IMG/VR virus record: IMGVR_UViG_3300037246_001677
Coordinates: 1-64,000 of that record
Length of the DNA stretch: 64,000 nucleotides
Reading direction: 5' to 3' (one strand)
DNA from: a virus
Position 1 is the stretch's first letter. Each line of letters begins with the position of its first letter. Position numbers and translations under genes: made by a program. The notes under the pieces are model-generated. The model was not told where the DNA came from. It saw nothing but the letters and a program-made list of their open reading frames with translations, and did not search any database. This document shows, in pieces, positions 61,094 to 64,000 of this stretch.

Positions 61094-62169
61094 AATTTAC
61101 TGAGTATATAGATGAGTCCTCAAAGCGTGAATTGAAATTATATGGTATGATTCAATCTTTATACAAAAATTGCGCTCCATTTATAAAAGAGTTAAGAAAG
61201 TCAGGTGAAAATAAAGTACTGTGGAGAGGAACCAATAAAATCAGCACAACAACAATAAAACAAGTAACTCCAAGACAAGACCGTGCTCCAAAAGATATGC
61301 CAGTAGAAATACACGACGAACTTGATGTAAGATTCAAAAAGAAATTTGGATGGATGGCGAGAAGTGAAGGTGTGTTTATTACATCACAAAGAGCATCAGC
61401 GGAAACTTATGGTGATGGTTATATATTTTTTCCAGTAGGAAAATATGAGTACTTATATAATCCATTTATTAGTGATTTATATTCAGAAGTGGATTCTGAT
61501 TTAGATATATATAATGCATTTGTTGAAGGAGAAAATGCTGAATGGGAAATGGAATGGGAAAATGAGTATGGAGAAAATGAGTATGGAACATGGTATTATT
61601 TAGGAACAGACACAGGAGAGTCTGACACAGAAGAAGCAACAATAGCAGCAGCAGAGGCAGAAGGAATTGAATATGATGAACATGATCTTGAAAACATAGA
61701 AAATGATTTAGAGTGGACTCCTGAAGTGTCATTACAAGATTATTTGGATGAAAAAAAAGAAGGAGCAAAAGAAGAAGGAGTATATAATTTAGAACAAGTT
61801 TTGAAAGGTTATAGGTCCACTAATTTAGGATTGGCTATAAAAAGGAAAGTGGAAATTATGTTCAAATGTAAAAGTTATTATTTAATCGAAGGTCATTTCA
61901 AAAAGGATATTATAAAATATGTGTTGGAAGGTAAACCAATGAAGTTTAATCCTAAGCAAAAAGAACTTCCATTTGTCAGGGATCCAAATTGGAGAAAAAA
62001 ACCAGGGGTAAAACCAGCATTCATTGATCCATACAGCTTAGAAGACTGGAAAGTATCCGGACTTGGTATGAAAGCAGCCCATCAAAAGTTTGGTAAGTTA
62101 ATGTCAAAAGCTAAAAAGGGACACCAGAAACCAGTAATTAAAAATAAACTTAAGAAATTAATTAAGTAA
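61090..62169 (+). CDS. Putative virion protein, possible R-S-E ADP-ribosyltransferase-like fold with acidic insert
   Basis: LWRG, VFITS, EIM; MKFTEYIDE N-terminus; paralog of 56327. Confidence 0.5.
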   Translation: MKFTEYIDESSKRELKLYGMIQSLYKNCAPFIKELRKSGENKVLWRGTNKISTTTIKQVTPRQDRAPKDMPVEIHDELDVRFKKKFGWMARSEGVFITSQRASAETYGDGYIFFPVGKYEYLYNPFISDLYSEVDSDLDIYNAFVEGENAEWEMEWENEYGENEYGTWYYLGTDTGESDTEEATIAAAEAEGIEYDEHDLENIENDLEWTPEVSLQDYLDEKKEGAKEEGVYNLEQVLKGYRSTNLGLAIKRKVEIMFKCKSYYLIEGHFKKDIIKYVLEGKPMKFNPKQKELPFVRDPNWRKKPGVKPAFIDPYSLEDWKVSGLGMKAAHQKFGKLMSKAKKGHQKPVIKNKLKKLIK

Positions 62170-63610
62170 TCTCTATCTTATCAATATCAATGGTATCACC
62201 CTCTTCAAATAAGTACTCTGATATATGAAATTTTTCGGAGTCGTAGTATCTATACCTTACATCACCATGCTTTTCAAAGAAAGTAGTGTGGTCATGTAAG
62301 TCAAAGATGTACGCTCCGTTTTCTTTGTCCGCGTGGCTCCTCAAAGCCCTACCTATTGACTGCAGTACTCTAATTTTAGATTTAAATGGCGAGGCCAAAA
62401 TAATATACTTCAAGTTTGGAATATTGATCCCCTGTTGAAAAATACCATAAGTAGCTATAAGTGCTACATCCTTACGGTCTTTCATTTTATTTCTCCACTC
62501 TTCTCTTAACTCAACAGAATCCCTACCTGACAAGAACACTACTTCTTTATTAGTGATTAAATTATCTTTTAGATAATCACCTTCTTTCTCCACTTTACCA
62601 ACCAACAATAATGTATTGTGGTCAAAACGATCAACCAACCTATTAATGATAGATAATCTAAACTCGTTTGTAAAAACTTCATCTTTAACTTCATCATAAG
62701 TACCTTCATGTCGATCTCCTTTATATTCTAAATTTAACACATTAACATTACACTTACTGATAAATCCTTTATCAGCTAATAACCCCGATGGATACTCTTT
62801 TAGAATTGGGCCAAGATATGATTTAGTGTTCCAATTATCAAGTACTCCGGAGTGCATGGTTCCTGTAAATCCTAATCTATATCTTGCTCTAACTGACTTC
62901 ACTAAAATCTTTTTTAATTCAAAGGCTTTTGATTGGTGTACTTCATCTACAATCACACAATTATAATTCATCAACTTATCATGGTTATTCTTAAGCGTCT
63001 GCCAAGTTGATATAGTTATTGGATAATCCCATTGCTTTGACTTACCATGTACTCTACCTATAAAATCCTCTGGTATGCCATACTCTATCATATCACCATA
63101 AAATTGCTCAACCAAACTAATTGTAGGCACAATAATTATAGCGTTTTCAACACCAGATTTTTTCCTTTCCAATAGAGTTTTAACTACATATGATATGACT
63201 AATGACTTACCGCTGGCAGTGGCTGACCTAATTATTCCTTTGGTATATTTAAGACAGGCACGTATACTTTCTTTCTGATAATTGCGTGGGTATAGTGATA
63301 GGTTATATCTGGGTATGAATTTTGGTCCTTTAAATAATGACTTCACTTCAGTATCAACAGTTAACTTATGCCTTGGAAAGTGCATCTTATGTATTTTAAT
63401 TAACTCAAATAATAAACCATAAGGTAACGTATCAAACCTATGCATCATACAGGTTTTACCATTCCAACCACCACTTCTATACTGAGGCATATACTGAAAT
63501 CCCTCTACGTATTCAGTAAAGTGTTCTTTCATACCATCAAGATAATCAACATCTTCTGTGTTTATTTTTATCAGCATTGGATTCTGCTGGCTAATATTTA
63601 CTAATTCCAT
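62162..63610 (-). CDS. uvsW: UvsW-like SF2 DNA helicase
   Basis: Y..G.W.GK N-terminus, PR.YQ, SATASGKS, DEVH, GFTGT, QGINIPNL, LQSIGRALR; start taken at MELVN. Confidence 0.9.
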   Translation of the reverse strand: MELVNISQQNPMLIKINTEDVDYLDGMKEHFTEYVEGFQYMPQYRSGGWNGKTCMMHRFDTLPYGLLFELIKIHKMHFPRHKLTVDTEVKSLFKGPKFIPRYNLSLYPRNYQKESIRACLKYTKGIIRSATASGKSLVISYVVKTLLERKKSGVENAIIIVPTISLVEQFYGDMIEYGIPEDFIGRVHGKSKQWDYPITISTWQTLKNNHDKLMNYNCVIVDEVHQSKAFELKKILVKSVRARYRLGFTGTMHSGVLDNWNTKSYLGPILKEYPSGLLADKGFISKCNVNVLNLEYKGDRHEGTYDEVKDEVFTNEFRLSIINRLVDRFDHNTLLLVGKVEKEGDYLKDNLITNKEVVFLSGRDSVELREEWRNKMKDRKDVALIATYGIFQQGINIPNLKYIILASPFKSKIRVLQSIGRALRSHADKENGAYIFDLHDHTTFFEKHGDVRYRYYDSEKFHISEYLFEEGDTIDIDKIEIT

Positions 63611-63821
63611 TTCTTTCATTTTTATCATATACTTTCTGAGCTTGACCACGTAATAACATACTGATTTTATACCAAACAATTGTATCTTCACATCCACATG
63701 GACATAAGTCCGGTGACCAACTACCACCACCTTTAAAATGTCTTTCATGAGTTAAACAATTTTCACAAAATATATCTCTCCCCTTTCCCGTCCATCCTTT
63801 TTCTATTGGTAATTTTGTCAT
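63591..63821 (-). CDS. Small Cys-rich hypothetical protein
   Basis: CxxC and CxCxC motifs. Confidence 0.55.
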   Translation of the reverse strand: MTKLPIEKGWTGKGRDIFCENCLTHERHFKGGGSWSPDLCPCGCEDTIVWYKISMLLRGQAQKVYDKNERNGISKY

Positions 63822-64000
63822 TATACTAAAATATCTTCATCCTTTAAAAATTCTTTTTTTTCTGGGTATTCATGTACTCCAAGTGGTATATAAGGTGTAT
63901 AATAAAAACACTCTTCCCAATTAACATACCATCTACCTTTTAATTTACGCTCACGCTCAACTAATCTTGTCTTTACTATTTTAAATGAAATTTCAGATAA

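Noticed and set aside
1-64000. Genome-wide TAG recoding, suggested by the CUA tRNA
   Set aside because: Long conserved genes are intact in code 11, and TAG ends genes at their expected C-termini (pncB, HD protein, NifU, RpiB-like).

Overview
An AT-rich 64-kb segment of a large, probably jumbo, T4-related phage. Replication markers are an NAD-dependent ligase, gp44/gp62-like clamp loader, gp45-like clamp and UvsW-like helicase. Promoters are TTTACA-N17-TATAAT early-type and TATAAATA late-type. The NifU-like and PC4-like genes hint at an anaerobic deltaproteobacterial host, which is inference. Genes run leftward from 1 to ~17.4 kb and rightward from ~19.3 to 62.2 kb, around a non-coding region with a degenerate inverted repeat and tandem repeats. 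About 39 tRNA genes cover all 20 amino acids and include an amber (CUA) suppressor; aberrant tRNA-like RNAs and other structured ncRNAs are interspersed. RNA-repair/translation genes include RtcB, an RNA-ligase-like protein, CCA-adding enzyme, Ro60, a Pth2-like hydrolase and phosphoesterases; NAD salvage is represented by pncA-pncB. Four candidate systems stand out. (1) A leader peptide with tandem Pro-amber stops and a RAPP motif sits upstream of a Pth2-like gene and the amber suppressor tRNA. (2) Ro60 occurs with five Y-RNA-like genes, four showing anticodon-loop mimics. (3) There is a Ubl/E2-like/E1/JAB operon. (4) A late block of enzymes all carry a T4-like capsid-targeting N-terminus. All calls are from reading the sequence; no searches or folding were run.
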